Sequence record: NC_021531.1
Strand: one strand, 5' to 3'
Length of the DNA stretch: 64,000 bases
Position numbers and translations under genes: made by a program. How positions within the stretch are numbered: the first letter of the stretch is position 1; every line of letters begins with the position of its first letter. A model generated the notes under the pieces. It was not told the DNA's origin. It ran no database searches and saw only the letters and a program-made list of their open reading frames with translations. Positions 17,301 through 27,761 of the stretch are shown piece after piece.

Positions 17301-20050
17301 CCGTTAAGACTGATACGCACACACTGGTTGTCACTGTTACTGTTGTCGTTACCGATACAGTCAATGTAACCAGCGCGGGGTGCGGTGGAGATGATCATAT
17401 TCCCGTAGAGGAAACCGTCAGAGTTGTCGGTGTGGTAATTCCCACCATTATCGGTGACACCGTTCTCGTCGAGTTTCATCGGCAGGTAATCGTTATCCAG
17501 TACCGCAGTCTTCGCATCGAGGTCGATAACGAAAGAAATCTGCCAGCGGGTACCGAAAGCAGTTGCGGAGTTCGAAACGTGTGTACTACAGTTTCCACGC
17601 ACACGAATCTTACGACCATTACGTCCAAGCATCCAGTTGCGACGTGCAGAGTGCACCACGTTGCGCGCACCTGTCCACTTCGCAGCACCCGCATCGGTGA
17701 TGTAGTAGAGGCTGGTCGTGGCCGGGTCTTTCGTATTCAGCGCATAGGTCGCAAAACGACCCACGTTACCATCGGCGTGTTTACCGGTCAGTTTGACAGA
17801 CTGGAACTGTACGTCTGTCTTACTGAGATCGTCTTTGCTGATAGACCACAGGCACGTAAAGAACTCCGTGTTGGTCAACGTGCTCTTAATGACATAGATG
17901 TCGTTATCGATAACCATCAGATAATCATCACTCGGTGTCGGAGCGAAGTTATACTGATTGGTTGCCCGAGGGGTCGGGGAATATGTCACACGAACGATGT
18001 CGGTATGCTTCGCAGCATCCGCACTACCGTTAAACATCACCAGATAGTAACGGTCGTCTGTGCCTAAGAAGATAGCACAGTCGTCGCCACAAACCACCAC
18101 GCGTTTAAGCTCAATACCCGGATACTTCTTCGCCATCCCCGCAGGAACGTACTGTACTGCTGTGGCCACATAATTCGAGGATAGGTTATTGGAACCCGCT
18201 TCGAACTCACGGTACCAATAGAACACGCGCTGCGAATCAGCATAACCGTCCCAACCGTTACGCAGAATGTAGAGACGGTTGTCTTGTTCAATCTGCATCG
18301 CGTTAAAGTTAGCATCGATCACAGACGCTGTCCCTTCATACTGCCCCATTGTTGGGATAGGCAGGAACCCGGAATCACCGTAGTAGGTGCTGTTCGCCAC
18401 CCAGCTCGGTAGCAGGTTCAGTGCTTTGTCTTCCGCAGCATCGATATCCAGTTTTAACTGGTAACCGAGTTTGGAGACCGCCGCTTTATTAGTCGTGGCA
18501 TCCAGCACCGTATACAGATACGTTAAGCCGGAAACCGTCGGCGAGGCAGTGGGTACGTTTTGCAAATCACTGGCAGTATGCGTGTGAACCTTCAGCGCTT
18601 TGTTGGTCAGCGCATCACGGAACGGCTGATGTACAGGCTTATCGGCGGGGGCGGTGTTGTTGACTTTATCCAGACCGAAAGACGCTGCGGTCAAGTTAAT
18701 CGTCTGCGTTGCACCGAAAGACGCTCCGTTGATTTTGAACGTCTCATCAACGTAGTTATTCAGTTTCAGCAACAGGTTGTTCACCCCTTTCTGCGAGAGC
18801 GCATAATTCGGAGCAATAACCTCAACACTGTCCGTCAGACGGAACAGGCCCTCAGTCGTCAGGGTCGCTGCCGGAGGGTTAGCCGTCATGTTTAACGGAG
18901 AGGCCTGTGAACCGTTACCACCCATACGCACCGTGTCAGTCGACTTAAAGGTCGGCTGCGCGTTGGAGTTCAGAGGGGCATACAAGTACAACCCTACTGA
19001 GTCAGGAGTAATCAAGAACGCACCGTTATAAATCGGACGGACGTCTTTGGCACCGGTTGCATTACCTTTGGACGGAACGAACAGCTCATCGTAACCCGCA
19101 CGTGAGGAAACCCCAATACCGCGCTGGTTATTATCGCTGTCAGCAGCCAGTTCAATCACCGCTTCTGTTCCGGTCAGGAGAATCTTACCCGCACTAAAGC
19201 GCAGGGCGGATTTCCCGTCTTGGGTCGCGTACACCACTTCGTCATTGTTAATCGCTTTGAAACGACCGAACACCTGACCCATGGTGTCATCAATCAACGT
19301 ATCGACGATACGCTGAGAGATTTTATTCTCGACCATAATCGCTACTAACTGCGCCAGCGTCTTACTGAACGCTTTGATGGCATTCGTAGCAGCATCACCT
19401 ACACCTAACGCCCCAATTTGGGCAGGGGTGTATTTGTGCTGATGTGGCGTTTTGTGGTGCTGTAACAGTTTGTCTGCATACAGTTTGTTCGCTGCGCGAG
19501 AGAGCGCCTTAATAGCCGTATCGATTTCAGTATCAAGCTGGCCGGCTTTCTCTTCGAGCTTTAAACGGATGTTGTTGATGGCTGCCGCAACCTCATCACG
19601 CGCAATGGCCTCGTCGATATTCGTCGGCGGGTCAATAGGCTCGATGGGAATTTGGTAGCGCATCAATGCTGACCAATCGATGTTGCGTGGTTCGGTCAGG
19701 TCGGGGTTAACGAGGAACTTGCCGATATCCGATTCAGGAACGGAATAAGACGAGCCGAGCACCTGCAGCTTATAGGTAATCTCGGTTTTCGTCAGCAGCA
19801 TTATCCCGCCGAAAAGCTGGGCATTCGCGGCGTGTGCACCGGCAGAGTAATACAACGCGAGGTAATAGTCGATACCTTCAAATAACAGATTCCCCGCCGT
19901 ATCTTTAATCTCTAATCCGTTACGAAAGAAGGGTGCCTCGAAAGGCACCACTAAGTTGAAACGGTTAGGATAAGTCGACGTACTGAGGGAACCTTCCGCG
20001 ATGTTATCGGGGCTTGTACCCGTCAAATCTTCGGGATAATGTTTTCTCAT
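14348..20050 (-). CDS. Giant tail-fibre-like virion protein (1900 aa)
   Basis: Fibre-type motifs HHKTPHQH, GLDKVNNT..DKPV, HTH, AT.T..G...L. Beta-rich distal domains, including SDDGCSVYLNG (jelly-roll/carbohydrate-binding type). Confidence 0.75.
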   Translation of the reverse strand: MRKHYPEDLTGTSPDNIAEGSLSTSTYPNRFNLVVPFEAPFFRNGLEIKDTAGNLLFEGIDYYLALYYSAGAHAANAQLFGGIMLLTKTEITYKLQVLGSSYSVPESDIGKFLVNPDLTEPRNIDWSALMRYQIPIEPIDPPTNIDEAIARDEVAAAINNIRLKLEEKAGQLDTEIDTAIKALSRAANKLYADKLLQHHKTPHQHKYTPAQIGALGVGDAATNAIKAFSKTLAQLVAIMVENKISQRIVDTLIDDTMGQVFGRFKAINNDEVVYATQDGKSALRFSAGKILLTGTEAVIELAADSDNNQRGIGVSSRAGYDELFVPSKGNATGAKDVRPIYNGAFLITPDSVGLYLYAPLNSNAQPTFKSTDTVRMGGNGSQASPLNMTANPPAATLTTEGLFRLTDSVEVIAPNYALSQKGVNNLLLKLNNYVDETFKINGASFGATQTINLTAASFGLDKVNNTAPADKPVHQPFRDALTNKALKVHTHTASDLQNVPTASPTVSGLTYLYTVLDATTNKAAVSKLGYQLKLDIDAAEDKALNLLPSWVANSTYYGDSGFLPIPTMGQYEGTASVIDANFNAMQIEQDNRLYILRNGWDGYADSQRVFYWYREFEAGSNNLSSNYVATAVQYVPAGMAKKYPGIELKRVVVCGDDCAIFLGTDDRYYLVMFNGSADAAKHTDIVRVTYSPTPRATNQYNFAPTPSDDYLMVIDNDIYVIKSTLTNTEFFTCLWSISKDDLSKTDVQFQSVKLTGKHADGNVGRFATYALNTKDPATTSLYYITDAGAAKWTGARNVVHSARRNWMLGRNGRKIRVRGNCSTHVSNSATAFGTRWQISFVIDLDAKTAVLDNDYLPMKLDENGVTDNGGNYHTDNSDGFLYGNMIISTAPRAGYIDCIGNDNSNSDNQCVRISLNGKSLYDALRWDNPLTGRMGVQMAVNGAYGSVYQHRMRGLVQLGNTVKKVLMRRLGTSDCAQIAYDTAGSYNFPGYGGWGPSNDRTAFNESTYNVLTRCAYIFNGNSNYLNGAAFNSAGSSNYKNINGSAVLHNDTVTVNAAMWNDFQSMLTTRVAKWGQAASIFKTSWLNLFDLGGTNMCIATAMFGQKEADGVTYAYVYYFRIPMTFVNNVLALDYSNAVHIGNEDRIDFAWTGISNAGDYWQLRLIKRSDGWIIRPHAQCHCATVGGGGHMTFTLTCDANMANWTFNREMVNPSYGESDVVHLPETNEILVGTFLSGGMYYGGQAFSNNSRNYNTGSARNVILFGPQLAEGMILYITQDIPFFANMEEHNTPASQFDFKALFPSDYQNATLYFYVQLNAQGKAEYSVSKTLLSDTATRLYIGYVVTSTNAIVEVNINRVKRLGRVGSLLAHADNPYAHGYLAGGTLTESIYSNMENMGTIDTFSFPSFQDIYNSWYRFSHNNSTSAQPANESELVAWKYIDADDVVECTLNTVTFVGFISDELVGDYTFNTVITSNDTDNDAIAIVLAALKKEDSSVGREQTLCLAIGNSIEGHLDLQSRIQVKENYRQSSSRAIATLDTSTTDLLGWNKWYAHVYAERRGNMLYIAVEHAQLPTTGDRDTNIRQIVAAKKTLSMSQVRNSATYKYVEIDLATAAPTFARTCRFGYGATSQNAARFWNITRPGADLSKTYGTAAALETANQLAGNFDNITRVSLPAITASWMLLANNAEKLWPPAMQTTNAYSSPLASPAIRPYAQLLAAGEVFAVKTTFTPTSNSLMLNVNSDDGCSVYLNGVLQGTTTYNASATQTVTLTGALLNQANSLALVVRENPGNSPTYVAFELVQDGTTKLATSSTSLGAIKLPNPASPASIPGSAAIGLYTLTVPTGKDYMLALRQSAAITKAPVMFWTEERSFAGGRYIDIYYDATTAVVLDVMIHDSTLSA

Positions 20051-20054
20051 TTAC

Positions 20055-23000
20055 TTATTCCTTTTCGAGCGCCACCTGTTGAATAGCAAACTCCCAGTTG
20101 CGCTGGGTGAGGTTCCACGGGTTTTGCATGGCAATAGTCGGGATATCACCGTATTCGGTAACGAACCAATCGGTATTGTTCGTCACAAACGTTTTGGTGC
20201 TATTGTCGTTGTACGTGATGGTAAACCGCGCTTTGACAAACGGTGTCGGCGCATTCGCAGTCGGACGACAGATAATGCTGAACACCCCTTTAGTGTCGGC
20301 GTTAGCTACAATATTGGCATTTGCCGTAAGTGTACCTGCGTTCCCCACCAAATCCGCGGCGAATACGTTCGCACCGTCAATAAGAGCCCCAATCGAACCT
20401 TGACCGGAAATCGCGACCGCTACTGACTTCGCATTCGTCAACAGGTCAGGTTTGTATGCAACCATTACAAACCCGCGACGTGAGATATAACCCAGACTGT
20501 AGGAGGACAACGACGTATCTCCAACATTGAGCATCTCATAAGCGACTTGCGGTACACGACCCTGCGTTAACAGACGCGAGGACTTCGGCCACATCGCATG
20601 CGGGACGGCATACGTGGCGCACTCATGTACAATGCCGTTAGCCTGCTCAGTAGTGATGACCTGTGTCGCCAACTCCATCGCCGCAAAGTCATTTGCACCG
20701 TAGTGCGCAGCCTTACCACGATGTAGCCCGTTCTGTTTTGCAGCATAGGCCGCTAACTCCGAACCACGGATATAGGACTGAATCAGCCCCGTATGGTAGT
20801 TCAAACGGTTCAGGTACTGTGGTGCGATAGAATGGTCGAAGAGAGACCCCATCAGACGGTAACCGGTTTTCGCTGAAGATGAATAGCCCACGAATGGACC
20901 TTCAAAGAAGCGGGACAGGTCTTGCTCGAACACCAGTGAGCAGAAACGATGTACCTCAGTACGCGTCGCATCACCCACTGCACCAATCAAGATGTTCAGT
21001 CGCTTCTCTGCCGGAATATAGCGATAACGAATCGCCAGCACCCGCGGCTTCTTCACACTAACCCCGTTGACGTGAGGTGGGAAGTTAAAGCTTGCAGCCA
21101 CATCGGTCTGTTCCTCGCGGACAAACGAAATCAAGTTCGTCCGTGGGATATCGGTAAACGGTAACGCAACCGGTTGCGGTGTGACTTCATTAACGAACGC
21201 AATCGAGGCTTGTCCGTCTGCGGGAACATCAATCGCGTACAGAGACAACACTTCATGACGACCGTTAATCGCAGTAGCTACGAACTCCAACACGCCTGAC
21301 TCGTTCGCCATGAATGAACCATCGTAGGTGACACGATTATTCGCCTGAGGGTTTGCCATGTTCTTCCAGCGATACGGAGACTGACCATCAACCCCAACCC
21401 AAACCCGTAACGGGGCAGCGGCGGCCGCGCCTTCTGCAACAACCAGCGTTCCCTGTGTACGTAATGTCATCCCTGCTGCGTCCGAGAACATGGCCACATC
21501 TGGCGCAGACGTCACTGACTTATCAGCAACACCATACGCTTCTGTGTTCTCCAGTCCAATCACTTTAACGTTAGCCGGGCTGTACTCTGGGCTGTTGATG
21601 TCCACGGTGTCGTGAGCATCCGGGTCTTCCATGTGGGTCTGCAGCTCTTTGAACTGGCCAAAGTCGATAATCTGACCGAACTGGATTGGGCCTCCCGAAG
21701 TGATAACTCCAGCATCGTTAGTATCAACGTGGCCTAAGTAAATCATCTCGGTATTAACTGCCCCTCCCGGTAGTGGAGAGCCTAACGCTTGGAAGCGTCC
21801 GCGCAGCACGTTACCGTAGATAAAGAAGCGGTTATTCTGCGCAGGTAGGTATGCACCAATTTCACCTACTGGGGTATTCGCGCTAGAGTTATAGATTAAC
21901 GAACCGCCATCCTGCACGTCGAATGCAACTGACGCGGGTTTGCTCGTGTCTTCACACAACGCACTGACCGCAATGACGTGGGTACCCGGTTCTAACCAGA
22001 ATTCTACTTCTGGGTTGTCCTGAGCATCCGCCATTAAGTTCTCGTCAATCCAGATAGAGACCTTCCCACTGGAACGAGCACGTACCTTAATCGCTTCGTC
22101 CGCGAACTTCATACGGACTTTGGCAGCAACAATCAGACCCGCCGTGCCCACTTTACCTACAGCAGTAGAGACTGCCTTTGCCTGAGGTAACGGGTTAGTC
22201 GGTTGAGTGGTATGTACAAAGCCGAGTTTCCAGCTTTTCTCTACGCCACAACCGATAGCATACCACAGGTTGGCAGGGACTTGGGTCAAATCGACCGCAC
22301 CGTCAAAAGTCCCTTCTGCTGAGTCCAGTGCGCGGGCTACGAAATAACGATACGTGGTAGTCGGGTTCAGTGTCCAACCGCTGACGTTAAACGTAGTCGC
22401 TTCTACCGTGGTGAATTCCAGCGTATCGCGGAACATTACCCCGAAGAAACGTTTGTTCAACTCAAGCAGTCGGTCGTTCAGTCCTTTCAACACTGCAGGG
22501 GCAACAGCCTGACCATCTTTCACCTCACTGTACGTGGACGCAATCTGAACAGTACCATACGCTTGACGCGTGGCCTGTCCAATTCGCAGCATTGGCCAGT
22601 CGTGTTTGTGGTTCTTTGCCACCAACGCATCAGTACGGGTTTTCTGCGGCGTAGAGAGCGGCTTGTTCAAGTCAGCCGTGTTGTCGACGGAGGCCAGATC
22701 TAAATCTGACTTATCGAGAACAATCTCTGTGCCAGACATCGGGTTGTTGTTAATGAGCACGTTCTTAGGAACCATGTCATTAAAGCCGTCATTATACGGC
22801 TTACCCGAATCCGGCGTCGCGGCCACGCCGTCAGCAACAGCGCCTGTACCAGAAACCAGTTTAACTTTACCCGGCACGGTTTTGGTGGCTTTCGGGATAT
22901 TCAACGCGCCTTCTAACGGAGAAGATGGCGTACCCTTGCCTTTGAACGTGATGTTCGTTGACTGGGCATTAAGCTGGACGTTTTCCGGGTCGCCGTTAAC

Positions 23001-24077
23001 ATCTTCAGACTGGTACTGTTTAACCGTACGACCAGTCAGCAGCGCTACCCCGTTCAGGGTGAGCTTATCAACACCGAGACTGTTCCCGTTCGTCGTAACA
23101 CGCAAGGTGTTCGTACCACAGACATATTCAACGTATTTGCTTCCCGATAAGTCCGTACCGGCTGCCGCCACAATCCCGCCCTGTGTGATGAGCTGAATCT
23201 TCGCAGCAGACAGTATCAGCTTGGTGTTACCCGTACTGTCCGAGATTACCGTTGATCCGTTCGCAAACTGGAACGTGCCTTTGACGTTCTTAGACAGATA
23301 GCGATGGATATACAGTTGAATGTCATTATCCGACAGTCCCTGTGAACGGATGTTCTCGATGAGCTGACGCAAGGTCAGCCCGTAAGTCAGGAAAGTATCC
23401 GGCACTTCTAACCCGACAGGGTGCGCGTTCAGCTGAGCTGTCGTCACGTCGTGCGGGTCAGTGTCGGCGATGTGCCCCGGATAGTTAAAGGTTTCAATGT
23501 CGGTGAACAGCTGGTTAGATAACCGCGTCAGTTCTTCCAACTCACCTTTTAAATCCTGCATGTCATCTTCAACGGCAGCATTAACATCATCTACCGCAGA
23601 AGCAACGTACTGTTTGTTTTTCGCATCTGACCAACTGCTATAGCTGGGCTTTTGCGGGAACAGTGCAGGAACCCCGTTAAGCGAACGGTAATCCGCGCTA
23701 CGAGGGTTATTGATGTACTTGATGAGATAGTCAAGGATTTCTGTCAGTGGGTCGTAGAAGTCCCCACCGAGCAGATTTCCATTGAATACCAGATTGCCGC
23801 TGATTTCAGGATTAATGAACTGGACACCGCAGTAGACCGGCGGAGCATCTGCTGCCAAAGCAGCTTTCAACGCTGACAGCTCATAGACGTATTCAAAGTC
23901 CACCCCTTCTTCAAGGGGCGTGGTGCTATTCCCGTTGAAGATTTCTAAAGCCCCGAAGAACGGGGCGTGGCTTAACATGACAACGCGGTCGCTGTTGTCA
24001 TTAGACTCGAGAATACGCTCCTCAGTGAAGGCATTCGTTGCAGCCTTCCCTGTAGGGTCGTACGGATATCTAGTCAT
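20055..24077 (-). CDS. Tail-fibre-like virion protein (1340 aa)
   Basis: Paralogous N-terminus YPYDPTG, H...DPH, LASVDNTADLNKPLS, ATRQAYGTVQ. Jelly-roll-like distal segments. Confidence 0.75.
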   Translation of the reverse strand: MTRYPYDPTGKAATNAFTEERILESNDNSDRVVMLSHAPFFGALEIFNGNSTTPLEEGVDFEYVYELSALKAALAADAPPVYCGVQFINPEISGNLVFNGNLLGGDFYDPLTEILDYLIKYINNPRSADYRSLNGVPALFPQKPSYSSWSDAKNKQYVASAVDDVNAAVEDDMQDLKGELEELTRLSNQLFTDIETFNYPGHIADTDPHDVTTAQLNAHPVGLEVPDTFLTYGLTLRQLIENIRSQGLSDNDIQLYIHRYLSKNVKGTFQFANGSTVISDSTGNTKLILSAAKIQLITQGGIVAAAGTDLSGSKYVEYVCGTNTLRVTTNGNSLGVDKLTLNGVALLTGRTVKQYQSEDVNGDPENVQLNAQSTNITFKGKGTPSSPLEGALNIPKATKTVPGKVKLVSGTGAVADGVAATPDSGKPYNDGFNDMVPKNVLINNNPMSGTEIVLDKSDLDLASVDNTADLNKPLSTPQKTRTDALVAKNHKHDWPMLRIGQATRQAYGTVQIASTYSEVKDGQAVAPAVLKGLNDRLLELNKRFFGVMFRDTLEFTTVEATTFNVSGWTLNPTTTYRYFVARALDSAEGTFDGAVDLTQVPANLWYAIGCGVEKSWKLGFVHTTQPTNPLPQAKAVSTAVGKVGTAGLIVAAKVRMKFADEAIKVRARSSGKVSIWIDENLMADAQDNPEVEFWLEPGTHVIAVSALCEDTSKPASVAFDVQDGGSLIYNSSANTPVGEIGAYLPAQNNRFFIYGNVLRGRFQALGSPLPGGAVNTEMIYLGHVDTNDAGVITSGGPIQFGQIIDFGQFKELQTHMEDPDAHDTVDINSPEYSPANVKVIGLENTEAYGVADKSVTSAPDVAMFSDAAGMTLRTQGTLVVAEGAAAAAPLRVWVGVDGQSPYRWKNMANPQANNRVTYDGSFMANESGVLEFVATAINGRHEVLSLYAIDVPADGQASIAFVNEVTPQPVALPFTDIPRTNLISFVREEQTDVAASFNFPPHVNGVSVKKPRVLAIRYRYIPAEKRLNILIGAVGDATRTEVHRFCSLVFEQDLSRFFEGPFVGYSSSAKTGYRLMGSLFDHSIAPQYLNRLNYHTGLIQSYIRGSELAAYAAKQNGLHRGKAAHYGANDFAAMELATQVITTEQANGIVHECATYAVPHAMWPKSSRLLTQGRVPQVAYEMLNVGDTSLSSYSLGYISRRGFVMVAYKPDLLTNAKSVAVAISGQGSIGALIDGANVFAADLVGNAGTLTANANIVANADTKGVFSIICRPTANAPTPFVKARFTITYNDNSTKTFVTNNTDWFVTEYGDIPTIAMQNPWNLTQRNWEFAIQQVALEKE

Positions 24078-24088
24078 TGCTGAATCCT

Positions 24089-27000
24089 TTATTTCGTCGA
24101 GCGCACCATCAGCATGGTGTACGCGGTATTAAGTGAGTAATAAGAACAGTTAATAGCGGAATACTTGATACCCCGCCCATCCAAAGTTGGAAGAACCGGT
24201 GTACCCACTTGTGCCTCAAGAGCTGACTGCGCAAGCGTAGCAGAGGTCAGTGTGCCTTTCGCCACACGAACCTTACCTAACGGCGAAACGTTGTCCACAA
24301 GACTTCCCAGCGTGCTGTACAGCTTAGTGTTGTCAACCGCAGGATGTAACTGGAACGTATAGGTGCTTTTCGACTTATACAGGCCCAATACACCTGTCAG
24401 CACACTACCGTGGAAGAAATCGGTAGCGATGCCTTTGGAGCGCAACAACGGCCCCAGCTGAGTCATTTTACTTTGACCGTTGCTGTTACTTGCAGTGACA
24501 GTTAACGCATCAAGGTCGATGACGAACGTATCCGAAATCGCATCCAAGCTACTGACCGCACCGAGCTGAACCGTGAACACATTACCCACACGAGTAATTG
24601 TTGCAGGTTTGACAACCAACTGAGAGAGCTTCTGGGTGGTTGAGCGACCAGTGACACCGGGAACAACAATCTGCGTACCTTTCCCCGCATCGATAACGAC
24701 GGCATGGATAACCGGCTGCCCAGAGTCGTTTGCCCAACCCCCAACGTCCGGGTTTGCAATGACCGAAAGGGTATGCTCCTCGGTCTTCACTTTCCGGTAA
24801 GCCAACAGCCAACCTAACCATCCGCCATTGTCGGCAGTGCTATCGGTGGAGATTGTACCACGCATGGTGTAATCGGCCTGCTTCTGGGAGTGGGCCAAAC
24901 CGATGACCGCGTTCTGCCCAGTACCGTAGCTGGCAAACATCAACTGCTGCCCGGTCTGTGTCCACGACGCATTACCGAAGATACCCTGCCAGTCACGAAT
25001 ACCGTTGGTGAACCCAACTTTATAGTTACTGATAGATGCAGGGATATTCCGAACGCTGGAAAGGCCCAGACTGTTTTTGTCTGCCACTTTCTCAATGTGC
25101 GCACTCGGGTTCTCTACGTGTTCTTCGAACTCGCGGAAATTACCCAGACGTGTGACGTTGTAGACGTTAGCACGGTAAATGGTGTCACCGTCCGTTGTCA
25201 CTTCGCCAATCTCGGTTAACGTGTCGTTCTCCTGACGGCGTGTCGCACTGATAGAGTGCACTGCCGTACCGGTTGAAGTCACATCAACGTAGAGATAGAA
25301 AGTTTTGTTTGTGTACGCCCCAGGGAACAGGTCAATCAGGTTGTACGACACTGCAGGTACAGCACGACGGTCACCGCAGTAGTAGAAGTTCGCAGGGATA
25401 GAGACCATGAAGTCTTCGAATTCCACGCCTTCGACAAACCCTGCGCCGGACGTGCCGTAACGTAGGATGTTGATTACGGCAGGTGTCATCGTATCCGAAG
25501 ATAACGTGTCGACTTGGTCCAAACGTGCTTTCTGCTCCAGCACCTCACGACCATCAAGAACAACGGTGTTGTCGTTCTCAATACCGCCGAGTTTAACCGT
25601 ACCTTTGACCGTGGTAGTTGCGGTAGTAATACCGAACATACTCGCCGGGTGGGTGTGGTTTGGATTGTCCTCGTAGTCGGCGATTAACGCTTCCATCGCA
25701 TCTGACATCGGCATCAGGATGTCCGAAATATCAACAACCTCAGACAGCCCGTACATTGACTTCGACAGCGTAATAGAACCGGCCAGTTTAATGCCGTTAA
25801 TGTTCGCTTTGTCTTTGAGAAGCTTACCTGTGAAGTTCGCAGCCAGCTTCGCAATCAACGCAGGTGTAGCCGCCAGCGCAGAGCTGGTTCCGAAGTCATC
25901 TGTCACCAGACGCATCGCTAACGTGTTGACATCCGCAGCGCTTGGCGCTTGCCAAGTCGCAACAAACGGGTTAGACCCGATACCTTTACCCGTTAAGGTA
26001 ATGGTTGCTGTGCTCACGCCCACGAAACCAAGTGCTGCAGCGCCCCCTTGAGGGATATACGGCCCGATGGTGTCGTGAGTGAGTAGTTTAGCATTGTTCC
26101 ACGTTAAACCGCGTGCGTCGTTATACAGACGCAACACGCCCGTACCGGATTTGATATCGATGTACTGCGCAGCCGTTACTGAGACGTTGTCGTTCCGTGC
26201 AATTAACCAAGACTGCAGCTTATCGAACTTCGCCAGAATACGAATGTTGTTTGCATCCGACCCTTGCGTGAACTGCGTTAAGCCTTCGACGCCAACGATA
26301 GTCCCTTTCAGTAAACGGCTAGAGACTTCACGACGCACTTTAGACAACAGGGAGTTCTGCGTCGGCGCTAAGCTGTTAACGTAGGTTGTCAGCTGTGGCA
26401 GCGTTCGTCCGTAAGCACGGACAGCGTCAGCAGAGATACCGTTACGAACCAGCGCACCAATCCAACCAGCTTCTTCGTCATGCGGGTTGTCTTTACGCAA
26501 AATGTGGTCGTGTGCAGGGGCTTGGTCGAAGCTTGCCCGCAGCAGGTTATACCACGTCTTTAGAAGACCCAATGTGTCTTCGGAAATATCCGCTTCGAAC
26601 CCGGGACAGTCGATGATCTGCATGTACCCGTTGAGTTTAACGCCAACCGAAGTGCGGATATCGGTGGCCCCTGCTAAGCGCGCAGCAATACCGTAATTGG
26701 TGTACACATTCAACAGAGAAGCAGGCGGGTTATTGTGGTTATACACAAGTTTACCGATGATGCCATCCGCATTACTAATGTACAACTCAAACCCGTTCTG
26801 CGCACGGTTGCGCGAGATACGCACTTTAAACGCTTTGGCAAACTTTGCTTTTGGGAAAGCAAAAGAGGCAATTTCCCACGATGTATACGCGCTATTCTCA
26901 CGACGGTTCAAAGTCACTTTGAACTTCTGAGTGGCATAATCGTAAATCAGGCGGCAATCAACGAAGTTAGAAGACCAACTGTTATTGAAGAAGATGCTGA

Positions 27001-27715
27001 AGTTGGCAGCGGTCGCCGTTTGCATACCCGGTAAATAGAACTCGCAAGTATACAGGTAGTCGGACACTGCAAAGCCTGAGTAACTACCAAAGTCGAAACG
27101 ATAATCACTGTTGTTAGTAAAGGCGTGTCTGCCGGTAGGGGCATCAAAACGCACACCGCCGTGTGAATAATCCTGCACGTAACCTTGCGCAGTAGTGACG
27201 GTTAACGGGTCTTTCTTAGGCGGCTTATATTTCAGCCCTTCGGCCAGCACACCTAAGGCGTCCATCAGCTCACGTTCACCGCACCAGTTATCCCAATCAA
27301 ACTGGATATCTACCGGTGGAAAATACGGGTCACCGACGACGTCTTCCCAATATTTATCAGTGAAGACGGTATTCCCGGCAATAAAAGCAGTTTTTTGTGC
27401 TGCCGTAGCAGCATTAATACCTACTGGATGGTAGGTCACTGTCAATGCACGGGAAACTGAGTCGTCAATAACCAAAATAGCGCCGTGAATACGGCGAGCT
27501 GTACGCAGCACCCCGGTGGCGTACGGCAACACTTTATAATAGTGCACCTGCTCTTGGAGTTCTTTTGTACCATCGAAAAGCTTAAACTCGAGGTCGGTAT
27601 AATACGGACCGTGAGTCGGGAAAATAAGTCGCGGGCCGGTAGCAGGCAGAGTTTGTGCTTCTTTTGTCTGCACGTTTTCCGCTACTGTCCCATGTGGATC
27701 AAACACGACAGACAT
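24089..27715 (-). CDS. Tail-fibre-like virion protein (1208 aa)
   Basis: FDPHGT N-terminus, H...DNPH, ATTTVKGTVKL, LGLSSVRN. Paralogous to the two downstream fibres. Confidence 0.75.
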   Translation of the reverse strand: MSVVFDPHGTVAENVQTKEAQTLPATGPRLIFPTHGPYYTDLEFKLFDGTKELQEQVHYYKVLPYATGVLRTARRIHGAILVIDDSVSRALTVTYHPVGINAATAAQKTAFIAGNTVFTDKYWEDVVGDPYFPPVDIQFDWDNWCGERELMDALGVLAEGLKYKPPKKDPLTVTTAQGYVQDYSHGGVRFDAPTGRHAFTNNSDYRFDFGSYSGFAVSDYLYTCEFYLPGMQTATAANFSIFFNNSWSSNFVDCRLIYDYATQKFKVTLNRRENSAYTSWEIASFAFPKAKFAKAFKVRISRNRAQNGFELYISNADGIIGKLVYNHNNPPASLLNVYTNYGIAARLAGATDIRTSVGVKLNGYMQIIDCPGFEADISEDTLGLLKTWYNLLRASFDQAPAHDHILRKDNPHDEEAGWIGALVRNGISADAVRAYGRTLPQLTTYVNSLAPTQNSLLSKVRREVSSRLLKGTIVGVEGLTQFTQGSDANNIRILAKFDKLQSWLIARNDNVSVTAAQYIDIKSGTGVLRLYNDARGLTWNNAKLLTHDTIGPYIPQGGAAALGFVGVSTATITLTGKGIGSNPFVATWQAPSAADVNTLAMRLVTDDFGTSSALAATPALIAKLAANFTGKLLKDKANINGIKLAGSITLSKSMYGLSEVVDISDILMPMSDAMEALIADYEDNPNHTHPASMFGITTATTTVKGTVKLGGIENDNTVVLDGREVLEQKARLDQVDTLSSDTMTPAVINILRYGTSGAGFVEGVEFEDFMVSIPANFYYCGDRRAVPAVSYNLIDLFPGAYTNKTFYLYVDVTSTGTAVHSISATRRQENDTLTEIGEVTTDGDTIYRANVYNVTRLGNFREFEEHVENPSAHIEKVADKNSLGLSSVRNIPASISNYKVGFTNGIRDWQGIFGNASWTQTGQQLMFASYGTGQNAVIGLAHSQKQADYTMRGTISTDSTADNGGWLGWLLAYRKVKTEEHTLSVIANPDVGGWANDSGQPVIHAVVIDAGKGTQIVVPGVTGRSTTQKLSQLVVKPATITRVGNVFTVQLGAVSSLDAISDTFVIDLDALTVTASNSNGQSKMTQLGPLLRSKGIATDFFHGSVLTGVLGLYKSKSTYTFQLHPAVDNTKLYSTLGSLVDNVSPLGKVRVAKGTLTSATLAQSALEAQVGTPVLPTLDGRGIKYSAINCSYYSLNTAYTMLMVRSTK

Positions 27716-27746
27716 GGATTACTCCTTTGTAAACTGGGCCACCGAG

Positions 27747-27761
27747 GGTCATATTATGACC
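27747..27761. promoter_or_regulatory. Palindromic back-to-back TATG motifs between divergent structural genes (putative bidirectional late promoter)
   Basis: GGTCATA-T-TATGACC in a 69-bp divergent gap. Confidence 0.55.

Noticed and set aside
17432-23196. Long plus-strand ORFs (211 and 208 aa) inside the fibre genes
   Set aside because: Antisense shadows, no SD, composition mirrors the real genes.
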